A stretch of DNA of 64,000 bases from Octopus vulgaris (lineage: Eukaryota): NCBI GenBank assembly GCA_951406725.2, contig OX597820.1:73780001-73844000 (forward strand), given 5' to 3'. This document shows, in pieces, positions 63,544 through 64,000 of this stretch (position 1 is its first letter; the number at the start of each line of letters is the position of its first letter). The translations under genes and the position numbers were made by a program. The notes below the pieces were generated by a model, which did not search any database, had not been told where the DNA came from, and saw only the letters and a program-made list of their open reading frames with translations.

Positions 63544-64000
63544 GTAAGTTCAAATTTTGGCACAAGGCCAGCAATTTCGGGGGAAGAAATAAATCGATTA
63601 CATCGACTCCAGTGCTCAACTGGCATTTATTTTATCGATCCCCAAAAGGATGAAAAGCAAAGTCGACCCCAGCGGAATTTGAACTCAGAACATAAAGATA
63701 GATGAAATACCTATTTATTTACTACCCACAAGGGGCTAAACACAGAGGGGACAAACAAGGACAGACAAACGGATTAAGTCGATTATATCGACCCCAGTGC
63801 GCAACTGGTACTTATTTAATCGACTCCGAAAGGATGAAAGGCAAAGTCGACCTCGGCGGAATTTGAACTCAGAACGTAACAGCAGACGAAATACCTATTT
63901 CTTTACTACCCACAAGGGGCTAAACACAGAGAGGACAAACAAGGACAGACAAAGGGATTAAGTCGATTATATCGACCCCAGTGCGTAACTGGTACTTAAT
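63544..64000 (-). repeat. head-to-tail tandem array of family B SINE, running off the window
   Basis: Junctions GAAATACC|TATTT at about 63711 and 63895, giving a period of about 184 bp. Confidence 0.85.

Overview
This is AT-rich, repeat-dense eukaryotic DNA. The repeat repertoire (tRNA-derived SINEs, RTE LINEs, TA/CA microsatellites) resembles an octopus/coleoid genome, which is an inference. Two protein-coding genes are supported. (1) On the + strand, the 3' part of a TERB1/CCDC79 orthologue (meiotic telomere-bouquet protein): 10 phase-compatible GT-AG exons between 1482 and 35468, about 681 codons in the window, with its 5' end upstream. It encodes ARM repeats, a coiled coil, a TERB2-binding-like segment and a TRF1-binding-like VILTP motif. 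Unexpectedly it ends in two tandem Myb domains; the second sits in a terminal exon missed by the ORF track and resembles the TRF1/TRF2 telobox. (2) On the - strand, a convergent BAP31/BAP29-family gene whose whole 240-aa CDS is one exon (37998-38720), preceded by a 5'UTR intron, so it may be a retrogene. The rest is mobile DNA: several SINE families (including tandem multimers), degenerate RTE LINEs, mariner/Tc1, hAT, piggyBac-like and pogo-like MITEs, a non-autonomous Helitron, a young foldback element with 161-bp TIRs, a 75-bp minisatellite amplified inside a MITE, and a degenerate hammerhead-like motif. CpG appears depleted up to about 48.7 kb and retained beyond it. Almost all other ORFs in the track are repeat artefacts.
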